Shown in pieces: positions 18,510-29,642 of a stretch of DNA of 64,000 nt. Within the stretch, counting starts at the first letter, position 1. The number at the start of each line of letters is the position of its first letter. The position numbers and the translations under genes are program-made. A model generated the notes under the pieces. The model saw only the letters and a list, made by a program, of their open reading frames with translations. It was not told the DNA's origin and did not search any database. This DNA is from an uncultured beta proteobacterium (GTDB lineage: Bacteria > Pseudomonadota > Gammaproteobacteria > Burkholderiales > SG8-39), in the NCBI GenBank assembly GCA_963820965.1, contig CAWGCC010000007.1, forward strand, positions 28,277-92,276, read 5' to 3'.

Positions 18510-20546
18510 ATGGCCGACGCACCGTCGCGAGCGGCGACAGAACCGGTCGTCACCGAAGAGCGCCTGAAGAAGGCCGAGCAGTTCATCGAGGCCGAGGAAG
18601 GGGCGACCAACCGCTTTCCCGGCGCGTGGGGGGTGTTCCTCACTGCCGCCGCGGTCGCGATGTCGCTCTTCCATCTCTACTCGGCGTACGGGGTGATCAC
18701 GACGACGACCCTGCGCTACGCGCACGTCGGCTTCGTGCTCTTCCTCGTGTTCCTGCTCTTCCCCGTGACGAAGCGGCGGCGCAACCGCTTCAGCTCGATC
18801 GACCTCGGGCTCGCGCTCCTCGGCGTCGCCACCGTCTTGTACGCGATCAACGGCGGCGACGACTTCCTCGACCGCAGCACCGCGCCCAACCCGCTCGACA
18901 TGGTGATGGGCATCGCGCTCGTCCTGCTGGTGCTCGAGGCCGCGCGGCGCTCGACCGGCTGGATCATGCCGTTCGTCGTGATCCTCTTCCTCGCGTACGC
19001 GATGTTCGGGCCGTACCTGCCCGATCCCTGGCGCCACCGCGGTTACGACATCGGGCGGCTCGTCGGCACGATGTACATGACGCTCGAGGGCATCTTCGGT
19101 ACCGCGGTCGACGTGTCCTCGTCGCTGATCATCCTGTTCACCATCTACGGCGCGTTCCTGCAGTTCTCGGGCGCGGGCAAGTTCTTCCTCGACTTCTCGT
19201 TCGCCGCGCTCGGCGGGAAGCCGACCGGCGCCGGCCGCACGATCGTGCTCTCGTCGTTCCTGCTCGGCGGGCCGTCGGGCTCGGGCGTCGCGACGACCGT
19301 CACGCTCGGCACCGTCGCCTACCCGATGCTCGCGAAGGCGGGCTACGAGCGGAATGCCGCCGGGGGACTGCTCGCCGCGGGCGGCCTGGGCGCGATCCTC
19401 TCGCCGCCGGTGCTCGGCGCGGCCGCATTCCTGATCGCCGAATTCCTCAAGATCTCGTACCTCGACGTGATCAAGATGGCGGCGATCCCGACCTGCCTGT
19501 ACTACCTGTCGCTGCTGCTGATGGTCGAGATCGACGCGCGGAAGTACGGTATGCGCCCGGTGGATTTCGGCGAGCGCCCCGGCGTGTGGCAACTCACGAA
19601 GACGCTCGGGTTCCACTTCCTGTCGCTGGTCGCGATCATCGTGTTCATGCTGCTCGGCTTCTCGCCGATCGGCTCGGTCTTCTGGGCGACGGCGGTCGCG
19701 TTCCTCGTGAGCTTCTTCAACCGCGACAGCGCGCTCCTCGACCTCGGGCTCCTCGCGCGGCGGCCGCCCGGCTGGTGGCAGGACCTCCTGCTGCGCTCGA
19801 AGCTCACGAAGGCGCTCGAGGCCGGCTCGGTCGGCATGCTGAACGTCGGCGCGACCTGCGCCGCGGCGGGCCTCATCGTCGGCGTGGTGACGCTCACCGG
19901 GCTCGGGCTGAAGTTCGCCGAGATCGTGATCTCCTACGCCGGCGGCAGCCTGGTCCTCACCGCGATCTACACCGCGCTCATCGTCTGGGTCGTCGGGCTC
20001 GCGGTGCCGGTGACCGCGAGCTACATCATCTGCGCGGTGATCGCGGCGCCGGCGCTGATCCGGCTCGGCGTGCCCGACTTCGCCGCGCACATGTTCATCT
20101 TCTACTACGCGGTGCTGTCGGAGGTGTCGCCGCCGACCGCGCTCTCGCCGTTCGCGGCCGCCGCCATCACCGGCGGCGACCCGTACAAGACGACGCTGCA
20201 GTCGTGGAAGTACACGCTGCCGGCGTTCGTGGTGCCGTTCGTGTTCGTGCTCGATCCGCTCGGCGTCGGCATCCTGCTCGCGATCCCGAAGGGCGGCTCG
20301 TGGCTCGACATCGTATGGATCACGGCGCTCGCGTCGCTCGCGCTCGTCGCGCTCGCCGGTGCGGCCGAGGGCTGGCTCTTCAAGAAGACGAACGCCGCGG
20401 AACGGACGCTGCTGCTCGTCGCCGGGCTGCTGCTGATCTACCCGAAGGCGCTGTACGACGCGATCGGGTTCGCGCTGCTCGTGGCGGCGGTCATCCTGCA
20501 GCTCCTGCGCCGCGGGCGCTCGGCGGCGGCCGCGCGCGGCGGCTGA
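18510..20546 (+). CDS. TRAP transporter fused 4TM/12TM permease
   Basis: LEAARRSTG, EGIFG, SPPVLGAAAFLIAE, HMFIFYYAVLSEVSPP. Confidence 0.92.
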   Translation: MADAPSRAATEPVVTEERLKKAEQFIEAEEGATNRFPGAWGVFLTAAAVAMSLFHLYSAYGVITTTTLRYAHVGFVLFLVFLLFPVTKRRRNRFSSIDLGLALLGVATVLYAINGGDDFLDRSTAPNPLDMVMGIALVLLVLEAARRSTGWIMPFVVILFLAYAMFGPYLPDPWRHRGYDIGRLVGTMYMTLEGIFGTAVDVSSSLIILFTIYGAFLQFSGAGKFFLDFSFAALGGKPTGAGRTIVLSSFLLGGPSGSGVATTVTLGTVAYPMLAKAGYERNAAGGLLAAGGLGAILSPPVLGAAAFLIAEFLKISYLDVIKMAAIPTCLYYLSLLLMVEIDARKYGMRPVDFGERPGVWQLTKTLGFHFLSLVAIIVFMLLGFSPIGSVFWATAVAFLVSFFNRDSALLDLGLLARRPPGWWQDLLLRSKLTKALEAGSVGMLNVGATCAAAGLIVGVVTLTGLGLKFAEIVISYAGGSLVLTAIYTALIVWVVGLAVPVTASYIICAVIAAPALIRLGVPDFAAHMFIFYYAVLSEVSPPTALSPFAAAAITGGDPYKTTLQSWKYTLPAFVVPFVFVLDPLGVGILLAIPKGGSWLDIVWITALASLALVALAGAAEGWLFKKTNAAERTLLLVAGLLLIYPKALYDAIGFALLVAAVILQLLRRGRSAAAARGG

Positions 20547-20551
20547 AGAAG

Positions 20552-21347
20552 ATGGCGCGCGCCGCGCTCGCCGTGGCGCTCGCGATTGCCGTCGAAGCGG
20601 CAGCGGCCTACGAGGGACCGGCCGGGGTCACGCTGCTCGCGCCGTGGATCGGCCGGGGCGCGCTCGCGCGCGAGGTCCGGCTGGAACGGCTGGACGTCTC
20701 GAGCGAGATCGTACTCGACCCGCGATGGGATCCCGCGCAGCGACGGCCGCGGTCGCGCCTTCCCCGACGGGTTCGTCGCGACGGTCGCAGTGACGCGCAT
20801 GCGGCTCGAGCTCGCGAACGGCGGCGCGCGCGAGGTTCGCGCCCGGCTGATCGTCCCGTTCCGCGCTTCGGCCACGCTCGGCACCGGGTTCGTTGCGCCC
20901 GAGTCTTTCGCAGCGGCCCAGGACGGCAGACCGCTCGCGGTGCCGGCTGCGCCGCGCGAGCTGCACCGGGCCGGGATGTTCGCGGTGCGGGGCTATCCGC
21001 TGGACGTCGTGCTTACCGCCGGCGGCACCGCGGCAGTCGAGGTCACGGTGCGTCATGCGCTGGCGATGAATCCGGCGTGGTATCGCTTCGAGCTCGGTGC
21101 CCCGCCGCTGCCGCGGGATACCGCGCCCCGGTTTCGCGTACTCGCCGATTCGCGTACCGCGTTCGCGCTGGCGCTCGCCTCGCCCGATCCGTCGCTCGGC
21201 GGCCGCGACTGCCGGGTGCGGATCTGCGGCGGCAAGGGTGACTGCTTGACTTACCGGGCCCGCCTCGCGGAGGTCGACAGCAGCTGGTTCGCGGCAAGGC
21301 TGCCGGGTGGCAGCGTTTCGGTGCTCCTGGACTGGGACGATCGCTAG
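20552..21347 (+). CDS. hypothetical exported protein (probable frameshift near 20740)
   Basis: Signal-peptide-like MARAALAVALAIAVEAAAA in one frame; the frame of ORF 20586..21347 continues to the stop at 21347. Confidence 0.4.
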
Positions 21348-21387
21348 CGCGGAGTAGCCGCCAGGGGAGTGGCCAGGTTCTGCAACG

Positions 21388-21403
21388 AGCGACCAGGTTC
21401 GCT
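21388..21403. promoter_or_regulatory. CRP-geometry palindrome AGCGA-N6-TCGCT upstream of the Crp/Fnr gene
   Basis: Perfect 5-bp arms; degenerate copy 20 bp upstream shares CCAGGTTC. Confidence 0.45.
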
Positions 21404-21437
21404 ATCTTATGGGCGTATCGGAACGTAGCCAGCGTAG

Positions 21438-22097
21438 ATGACCAATCCGACGGCCGCCGATCTCGCCGGGTCGACGCTCCTCGCGTCGCTCTCGCCCGAG
21501 GAGCTGCGGGCGGCGGCGGCGCTCTTCAGCGTTCGCCGGTTTCCGAAGGACGCCATCCTCGTCACCGAGGGTGACCGCCTCGACGTGTTCAGCATCATCC
21601 TGTCGGGAAAGGTCAAGTTCTACTGGCGCGATGACGCCGGCCGACAGGTGGACGTCGCCATCGTCGGTCCGGGGGAGGATTTCGCCGCGCAGTCGATCGG
21701 GGGCGAGTCGATGCTCACTTCGATCATCGCGCTCGAGGATCTCCGCCTCGCTTCGATGCCGGTGGCCGAGTTCGAGCGGCTGCTGCTGCGGCACCCGCAG
21801 CTCGCCGTGGCCTATCTCAAGCGCGTCGTCTTCCTCTTCCGCCGCACCATGATGGGCAGGCGATCCTTCTCGATGGAGGACGTGTACGGCCGCGTGACCG
21901 AGCTGCTGCTTGCGAACGCGATCGAGACCGACGGCGTGCTCGTCACCGAGCGGTTCACGCACGCGGAGATCGGCCAGCGCGTCGGCGCCACCCGCGAGAT
22001 GGTCGGCCGGGTGCTGCGGGATCTCGCGCGGGGCGGTTATATACGGGCGGACCGAGGGCGATTCACGGTCCTGCGCAAACCGCCGCGGCACTGGTGA
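21438..22097 (+). CDS. Crp/Fnr family transcriptional regulator
   Basis: cNMP-binding barrel (EGD, ILSGKVK, GPGEDF) and HTH THAEIGQRVGATREMVGRVL. Confidence 0.9.
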   Translation: MTNPTAADLAGSTLLASLSPEELRAAAALFSVRRFPKDAILVTEGDRLDVFSIILSGKVKFYWRDDAGRQVDVAIVGPGEDFAAQSIGGESMLTSIIALEDLRLASMPVAEFERLLLRHPQLAVAYLKRVVFLFRRTMMGRRSFSMEDVYGRVTELLLANAIETDGVLVTERFTHAEIGQRVGATREMVGRVLRDLARGGYIRADRGRFTVLRKPPRHW

Positions 22098-22207
22098 GCC
22101 GCGGGAAGAGAAATAGTTCCCTCGGATCCGCCGTATTCGTTCTCTCGCGAGTCGCCGCTGTCGCGCGTAGTCTGACCACCACGCACTGACCGACGTTGGA
22201 GGATGCC

Positions 22208-22440
22208 GTGGCCCGATCGACTCTCGCGTTCCGCGCCGCCTGCGCCGCCGCCGCCCTGATCGGCGCCTTTCCAGCGCTCGCGCAGAGCCGTGATCCGGCG
22301 GTGGGGTACCCGAGCCGGCCGGTTCGTCTCGTCGTCCCGTTCGCCCCGGGCGCCTCGCCGGAACTCCGCGCCCGGGAGCTCGGGCAGAAGCTCGGCCGAG
22401 CAGTGGGGCCAGCCGGTCATCATCGAAAACCGTCCCGGCG
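22208..22440 (+). pseudogene. truncated Bug/TctC gene (N-terminal fragment)
   Basis: Signal peptide, YPSRPVRLVVPFAPG, frameshift, QWGQPVIIENRPG, then an abrupt switch to another gene. Confidence 0.75.
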
Positions 22441-22881
22441 AAAGGCGATCCGTCCGGCTTCGTGCGGGTGCTCGACGACTCGACGCTCGCGATTCCGGAG
22501 CGTCCGGGGAATCGGCGCGCCGATACGTTCTCGAACCTGCTGCAGAACCCGCACGTCGCGCTTATGTTCCTGATCCCGGGCAAGCAGGAGACCCTGCGCG
22601 TGAGCGGCACCGCGATGATCGTCAGGGATCGGTGGCTTCGTGAACAGATGGCGATCGCCGGCAAGGCCCCCGAGCTCGCGCTCGTCGTGACGATCCGGGA
22701 GGTCTCCATTCATTGCGCCAAGTGCGTCATACGGTCGAAGCTCTGGGACGCCCGGCACTGGCCGGATCTGGAAGGGGTCCCGTCGCTTGCGCGGGCGATC
22801 GTCGACCAGGCGAAGCTGACGAGGACTCCCGAGCAGATACAGGCCTTCATCGACGACGACGTTCGGAAGCGGCTGTATTGA
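22441..22881 (+). pseudogene. 5'-truncated pyridoxamine 5'-phosphate oxidase-like FMN-binding protein (MSMEG_1061-like)
   Basis: KGDPSGFVRVLDDSTLAIPERPGNRRADTFSNLL, ETLRVSG, HCAKCVIRSKLW; N-terminal part missing. Confidence 0.75.
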
Positions 22882-22941
22882 ACGATTGCGCCGTGCTGTG
22901 GACTCCCCGCGGAAGTTCCGACGCGCACTGCGCGCGCTGCA

Positions 22942-23150
22942 ATGACCCTCGAAGCCTGGCTCGCTTTCCTCGTCGCCGCAATCCTCATCAGCGTCTCGCC
23001 CGACGCCGGCGCGGTCGCGTGCATGACGACCGGCATGCGCTACGGCGACGGCCGCGGCATCTGGAACATCTTCGGGATGCAGATCGGCATTGCACTCCAG
23101 CTCGCCATCGTCGGCGCGGGACTGGGCGCGATCCTGCTCGCGACGTTCAA
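22942..23150 (+). pseudogene. truncated LysE/RhtB family exporter
   Basis: MTLEAWLAFLVAAILISVSPDAGAVACM...GAGLGAILLA, then similarity ends. Confidence 0.7.
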
Positions 23151-23184
23151 GCGCGGCGCCGAGCGCTCGGAAAGCAAGTGGCGA

Positions 23185-23207
23185 TCTGGTCTAGTCTGGT
23201 CTAAACT
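23185..23207 (+). promoter_or_regulatory. probable TA promoter/operator: TCTGGTCTA direct repeat overlapping -10 TAAACT
   Basis: Copies at 23185-23193 and 23195-23203; TAAACT at 23202-23207; ATG at 23214. Confidence 0.55.
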
Positions 23208-23213
23208 GGCCGG

Positions 23214-23456
23214 ATGGATCAGATCAATCTCTACCAGGCCAAGACGAGGCTTTCGGAGCTCGTTGACCGCGCCGCCGCCGGCGAGGAGATCGTGATCGCC
23301 CGACACGGGCGCCCGGTCGCCAAGCTCGTCGCCTACAAGCCGCGGGCGGGCAAGCGGCGGAAACTTGGGCTGCTGGCCGGGAAATGGGAGATCCCGGAAG
23401 ACTTCGACGACCCCTTGCCCGAGGACGTTCTGGACGCCTTCGAGGGCCGCCGTTGA
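23214..23456 (+). CDS. Phd/YefM family antitoxin
   Basis: INLYQAKTRLSELVDRAAAGEEIVIARHGRPVAKLV; acidic tail EDFDDPLPED. Confidence 0.92.
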   Translation: MDQINLYQAKTRLSELVDRAAAGEEIVIARHGRPVAKLVAYKPRAGKRRKLGLLAGKWEIPEDFDDPLPEDVLDAFEGRR

Positions 23457-23890
23457 GGCTGCTCCTCGATACGCACGTACTGCTCTGGGCGCTGGAAGCG
23501 CCGCAAAGGCTCCCGGCCGGCATCCGGGCCGCGATCGAGGACACCGAGAACGACGTGTACGCGAGCGCCGCAAGCGCATGGGAGATTGCGATAAAGCAAT
23601 CGCTCGGCAAGCTGCCGGTGCCGCGCGCCGACCTGCTCGAGACGCTGAGCTGCGCGAACTTGGCCGAGCTGCCCGTCACGCTGAAGCACGCCCAGGCGAC
23701 GAGGCTGCTCCCGCCCATCCATCGCGATCCGTTCGACCGGATGCTCGTCGCCCAGGCGCAGACGGAGGGCTTGAGCCTCGTTTCGCGCGACCCTTTGGTC
23801 CGCCGATATCCGGTGACGGTGCTCTGGGGACCCGAAGTCCAAGCCCCGCGCCGCGCCTACCGCATCACCCGCAAACCGCGGCGGCGCTGA
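23453..23890 (+). CDS. vapC: VapC PIN-domain toxin
   Basis: TTG start overlapping the antitoxin stop; [34 protein letters not shown]. Confidence 0.9.
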   Translation: MRLLLDTHVLLWALEAPQRLPAGIRAAIEDTENDVYASAASAWEIAIKQSLGKLPVPRADLLETLSCANLAELPVTLKHAQATRLLPPIHRDPFDRMLVAQAQTEGLSLVSRDPLVRRYPVTVLWGPEVQAPRRAYRITRKPRRR

Positions 23891-23896
23891 CGCCGC

Positions 23897-25724
<1,828 letters not shown>

Positions 25725-27143
25725 TTACAGACCTTCGAAGAATCTCGCGAGCTTCGGGCTGCCCGCATAAGCGACGTGGAAGCGCATCCAGGGCGATCGC
25801 GCCTGGGATGGACTGAAGAGGCTGCCCGGCGCGAGGATGATCCCCTGCTGCTCGGCCGCCGCGGCAAGAGTCTCGGCGTCGCGATGCTCGCCCGCGTGCG
25901 CCCACAGGAACATGCCGGCCGCCGGCTCGTGAAAGAGCGTGAGGCCGGCGCGCTCGAGGTTGCGGATCGCCGGCTCGATCGAGCGGGCGAGCCGGGCGCG
26001 CACGTGGTCGACGTGCTTGCGGTAATAGCCGTCCGATAGCACCTGGTAGACGAGCCGCTCGCCGAGCTCGGGCGTCGTGAGGCTCGCGAGCATCTTCTGC
26101 GCGGTGAGATCGCGCACGAGGTCCGGATGCGCGGCGAGAAACCCGACCCGCAGACCCGCGCCCAGCGTCTTGGAGAAGCTGCCGACGTAGATGACCCGGT
26201 TCAGCTGATCGAGCTGAGCGATGCGGTGGGCGCGCCCCGGATGCAGGTCGGCGAGGATGTCGTCCTCGACGATGTGGAAATCGTGCGCTTCGGCGAGCCG
26301 CAGCACCCGGAACCCATCCGCTGCGGCGAGCGAGGTGCCGGTCGGGTTGTGGAGCACCGAGTTCGTCATGAAGAGCTTCGGCTTGTGCTCTGCCGCGAGC
26401 GCCTCGAGGCGCTCGAGGTCGAGCCCGTCGGCGCGGCGCGGGACGCCGATCGGCCGCATCCCCATCGCGGCGAGCCGCCCGAAGAGGACGTAGTAGCCAG
26501 GGTCGTCGACGAGCACCGCGTCGCCCGGCTGCAGGAAATAGCGCGCGACCAGATCGAGGGCGTGGCTCGCCCCCGCCGTGAGGACGATGTCCTCGGGCGC
26601 CGCGCGGATCTCTAGCTCCGCGAGATAGACCTGCAGCAGGTTGCGCAGCGGCGCGTAGCCGCGCGGCGTGCCGTAGCCGGTGAGCGCGCTCGGCTCGCGC
26701 CGCGCGAGCGCCCGCAGGCCCGCATGCAGCATTTCCTCGTCGAGCCAGGTCTCCGGGAGGCAGCCCGAGCCGGCAAGCAGCACGTCGCGGGCGTCATTCC
26801 CGGCGTAGAGGTGGTGGAGCAGCCACACGACGTCGATCCTCGTCGCCGGCGGCTCGCGTGGCTCCGCGCGCCGGACCGGCTGCGGCCGCTCGCGGACATA
26901 GAACCCCGAGCCGCGGCGCGACTCTAGGTATCCCTGAGCGACGAGCCGGTCGTACGCCTCTACTACGGTGAAGCGCGAAACGCCGTTGTCCTCGGCGAAG
27001 CGGCGGATCGACGGCATGCGGGTGCCCGCGCGCAGGTGCCGCTCGTCGATCCGGGTGCGGACGAATCCGGTGATCTGCTCCACGAGCGGCAGCGGGGCGT
27101 CGTGCGAAAGCGGGGTGACGGTCACGCGCTGGAGGCCTGTCAT
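25725..27143 (-). CDS. MocR/GabR family regulator (GntR HTH plus PLP aminotransferase domain)
   Basis: [48 protein letters not shown]. Confidence 0.93.
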   Translation of the reverse strand: MTGLQRVTVTPLSHDAPLPLVEQITGFVRTRIDERHLRAGTRMPSIRRFAEDNGVSRFTVVEAYDRLVAQGYLESRRGSGFYVRERPQPVRRAEPREPPATRIDVVWLLHHLYAGNDARDVLLAGSGCLPETWLDEEMLHAGLRALARREPSALTGYGTPRGYAPLRNLLQVYLAELEIRAAPEDIVLTAGASHALDLVARYFLQPGDAVLVDDPGYYVLFGRLAAMGMRPIGVPRRADGLDLERLEALAAEHKPKLFMTNSVLHNPTGTSLAAADGFRVLRLAEAHDFHIVEDDILADLHPGRAHRIAQLDQLNRVIYVGSFSKTLGAGLRVGFLAAHPDLVRDLTAQKMLASLTTPELGERLVYQVLSDGYYRKHVDHVRARLARSIEPAIRNLERAGLTLFHEPAAGMFLWAHAGEHRDAETLAAAAEQQGIILAPGSLFSPSQARSPWMRFHVAYAGSPKLARFFEGL

Positions 27144-27153
27144 GGTGATTCAG

Positions 27154-27224
27154 CCGGTACAGCTAGTTGGGGTGCCAGCAGAAGTGTACATGTGGTGTAT
27201 TGGAAGCGGCCGCTATTGTACAGG
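27154..27224. promoter_or_regulatory. probable MocR operator (TGTAY motifs in direct and inverted arrangement)
   Basis: CCGGTACAG 27154, GTGTACA 27184, GTGTATTGG 27195, TGTACAG 27217 in the divergent intergenic region. Confidence 0.5.
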
Positions 27225-27248
27225 CCTCGAGCCTGTAGGAGCATCGTC

Positions 27249-28193
27249 ATGCCCGGTCTGATTGTGGTTCTTGCCCTCCTGCTCGCCGGCTGCAAGCCGG
27301 CCCAGGTCACGCTCGGCCTCGATCCCGGGTTCTACCCGTCTGCGGTTGCTCACGACCCGGTGAACGACCACTTCTTCGTCGGGAGTTACGCCACCGGCGC
27401 GATCGTGATCGTGCGCCGGGACGGGCATGTCGCGGCCACCGTGCGGCCGGAACGGGCGTCGCACCCGCTCGTCCAGCTCGCCTACGAGCCCGGGGCACGT
27501 CGATTGTGGGCGATCACCCCGGAGGCGGTCGAGGTGATCGATGTGGCCGCCCTGCCGGTTCGTCGGGCCGTGATCGCAGCGGCGGGGCACGGCGGCCGCT
27601 TCACCGACATCGTGGCGGATGGCGGCGGCCGGGCGTATGTGCTCGATGGTGCGGGCGGTGCCATTGTCACGGTCGAGGCGGGCCGGGCGCGCTCGCTGGT
27701 GCTCGCCCGGCTACCGCCCGGGGAGGACGACGGCTCGATCGCGCTGCTGCCCGACCGTTCGGCGCTCGTGGTTGCGCGAGGCGGCGCGCTCTGGCGCGTC
27801 GCGATCGGGACCGGCGCGACCGAGCCGGTCGCGCTCGGCACGCCGCTCGCCGACGTATCGCAGCTTCTCCTCGTTGCGAGCGACGCCGCCGCGCATCACC
27901 TCGCCGCCTTCCGCGGCCGCGCGAACGAGATCGTGACCGTGCGTCTAACGGCTGACGCGCGACGCGCAACGGTCGACACCGGCACACGCATGCGGTACGA
28001 CACCCCGCTGCACGGGGTGTTCGACGGACGCGACGTCGTCGTGTTGCTCGGACGGCTCCGCCATCACCCGAGCCTGGGCGGCGACGGCCGGCCGAATCTG
28101 CCGCCGCGGCTGGCGACCTACCTTACGGCCGCGGGGGCCGCGGCTCGCCTGGCCGAGGCGCCGCGGTCCGCCGGCCGGGCGCGGGTACGCTGA
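27249..28193 (+). CDS. lipoprotein with SMP-30-like beta-propeller
   Basis: Lipobox LAGC; FYPSAVAHDP, DIVADGGGRAYVLD blade-like segments. Confidence 0.6.
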   Translation: MPGLIVVLALLLAGCKPAQVTLGLDPGFYPSAVAHDPVNDHFFVGSYATGAIVIVRRDGHVAATVRPERASHPLVQLAYEPGARRLWAITPEAVEVIDVAALPVRRAVIAAAGHGGRFTDIVADGGGRAYVLDGAGGAIVTVEAGRARSLVLARLPPGEDDGSIALLPDRSALVVARGGALWRVAIGTGATEPVALGTPLADVSQLLLVASDAAAHHLAAFRGRANEIVTVRLTADARRATVDTGTRMRYDTPLHGVFDGRDVVVLLGRLRHHPSLGGDGRPNLPPRLATYLTAAGAAARLAEAPRSAGRARVR

Positions 28194-28216
28194 GGGTTCA
28201 CGGATAGGGGGCGGTC

Positions 28217-29095
28217 ATGCCAGCACTGCGCTTCAAGCAGGTCGACGTATTCACCACCAGGCCATTCTTCGGCAATCCCGTGGCCGTGGTCCTCGAAGCC
28301 GATGATCTCGACAGTGCCTTGATGCAGCGGATTGCCGCGTGGACGAACCTCTCGGAGACGACGTTCGTCCTCCGGCCGTCGGCGCCAGGCGCGGACTATC
28401 GCCTACGCATTTTCACGCCGCGCGCCGAGCTTCCCTTCGCCGGCCACCCCACGATCGGCAGCGCTCACGCGGTTCTGGAGGCGGGGCTTGTCGCGGCGAA
28501 GCCCCAGCTGGGGCAGGAATGCGGAGCCGGGGTGCTGCGCCTCGCTGTCGAAGGCGCGGGCAGCGATCGCCGCATCGCCGTCGAGGCGCCGCGCGCCGCC
28601 CTCGAGCCGCTGCGCGCGGAAGCGAGCGCCGAGGTCGAGCGGGCGATCGGTGCGCGGCTCGCTCCCGGCTCGACGGGACAGCTCGTCGCGATCGGGCCGC
28701 GCTGGCTCACGCTCATGCTCGCGGAGGCGGGGTCGGTCCGCGCGCTCGCGCCGGACATGGGGGCCGTCGCCGCAGTAAGCCGGAAGCTGGGCGCAACCGG
28801 CATCACCGTGTTCGCCTTGGCGCAGGGCGATGACTACCACGTAGTGGTGCGCAGCTTCGCCCCAGGGGACGGGATTCCCGAAGACCCCGTCTGCGGCAGC
28901 GGCAACGCCGCCGTCGGGGCGTGGATCCATAACGCCGCCACGCGGGTCGGGGACCGCGGGCGCTACGTCGCGAGCCAGGGACGGGAGCTCGGCCGCGACG
29001 GTTACGTCGGCGTCCGCATCGACGCGGAGACGGGTCGGGTCTGGATCGGCGGCGCCGCGGTGACCTGCGTCGACGGGAGTTTGCACGTCCACTAG
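28217..29095 (+). CDS. PhzF family isomerase
   Basis: QVDVFT..FGNPVAVV, NLSETTF, ELPFAGHPTIG, EDPVCGSGN, SQG. Confidence 0.92.
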   Translation: MPALRFKQVDVFTTRPFFGNPVAVVLEADDLDSALMQRIAAWTNLSETTFVLRPSAPGADYRLRIFTPRAELPFAGHPTIGSAHAVLEAGLVAAKPQLGQECGAGVLRLAVEGAGSDRRIAVEAPRAALEPLRAEASAEVERAIGARLAPGSTGQLVAIGPRWLTLMLAEAGSVRALAPDMGAVAAVSRKLGATGITVFALAQGDDYHVVVRSFAPGDGIPEDPVCGSGNAAVGAWIHNAATRVGDRGRYVASQGRELGRDGYVGVRIDAETGRVWIGGAAVTCVDGSLHVH

Positions 29096-29105
29096 AATTG
29101 CCGGC

Positions 29106-29642
29106 GTGGAACACCAGGCGACGAGCGGCAGGCTGCTCTCCCATGCCGAGCTGCAGCGCTTCGACGCGGTCGTGCCAACCCCCTTCGGCGCGATCGGGCT
29201 CCGCACCGAAGCGCTCGGCACCGAGGACGAGTGCATCGCCGAGATCCTCTACCTGCCGCCCGGCATCCCCGAGGTCGCGCCGAAGAACCGGCTCGCGCGC
29301 GAGGCGCGCGCGCAGATCGGGCGCTACCTGGCCGACCCGTCGCAGCCGTTCGAGCTTCCGCTCAAGCCGCTCGGCACGCGCTTCCAGCGGCGCGTGTGGG
29401 AGAGCATCGCGGCGATCCCGTCCGGACAGGTGCGGAGCTACGGCGAGGTGGCGAAGGGTCTCCGCTCGGGACCGCGCGCAGTGGGGCAAGCGTGCGGCGC
29501 CAACTACTTCCCGCTCGCGATTCCCTGCCATCGCGTCGTCGCCTCCGGCAGCATCGGCGGCTTCGCCAGGAACGACGGCGGCTTCCACATCGCGATCAAG
29601 CGGTGGCTGCTCGCGCACGAGGGCGTCCGGCTCCCCGCATGA
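29106..29642 (+). CDS. ogt: methylated-DNA--protein-cysteine methyltransferase
   Basis: GTRFQRRVW, RAVGQACGAN, IPCHRVV active site. Confidence 0.9.
   Translation: MEHQATSGRLLSHAELQRFDAVVPTPFGAIGLRTEALGTEDECIAEILYLPPGIPEVAPKNRLAREARAQIGRYLADPSQPFELPLKPLGTRFQRRVWESIAAIPSGQVRSYGEVAKGLRSGPRAVGQACGANYFPLAIPCHRVVASGSIGGFARNDGGFHIAIKRWLLAHEGVRLPA

Noticed and set aside
21370..21384. Sigma54 promoter TGGCCAGGTTCTGCA
   Set aside because: GG-to-GC spacing is 9 nt, not the required 10.
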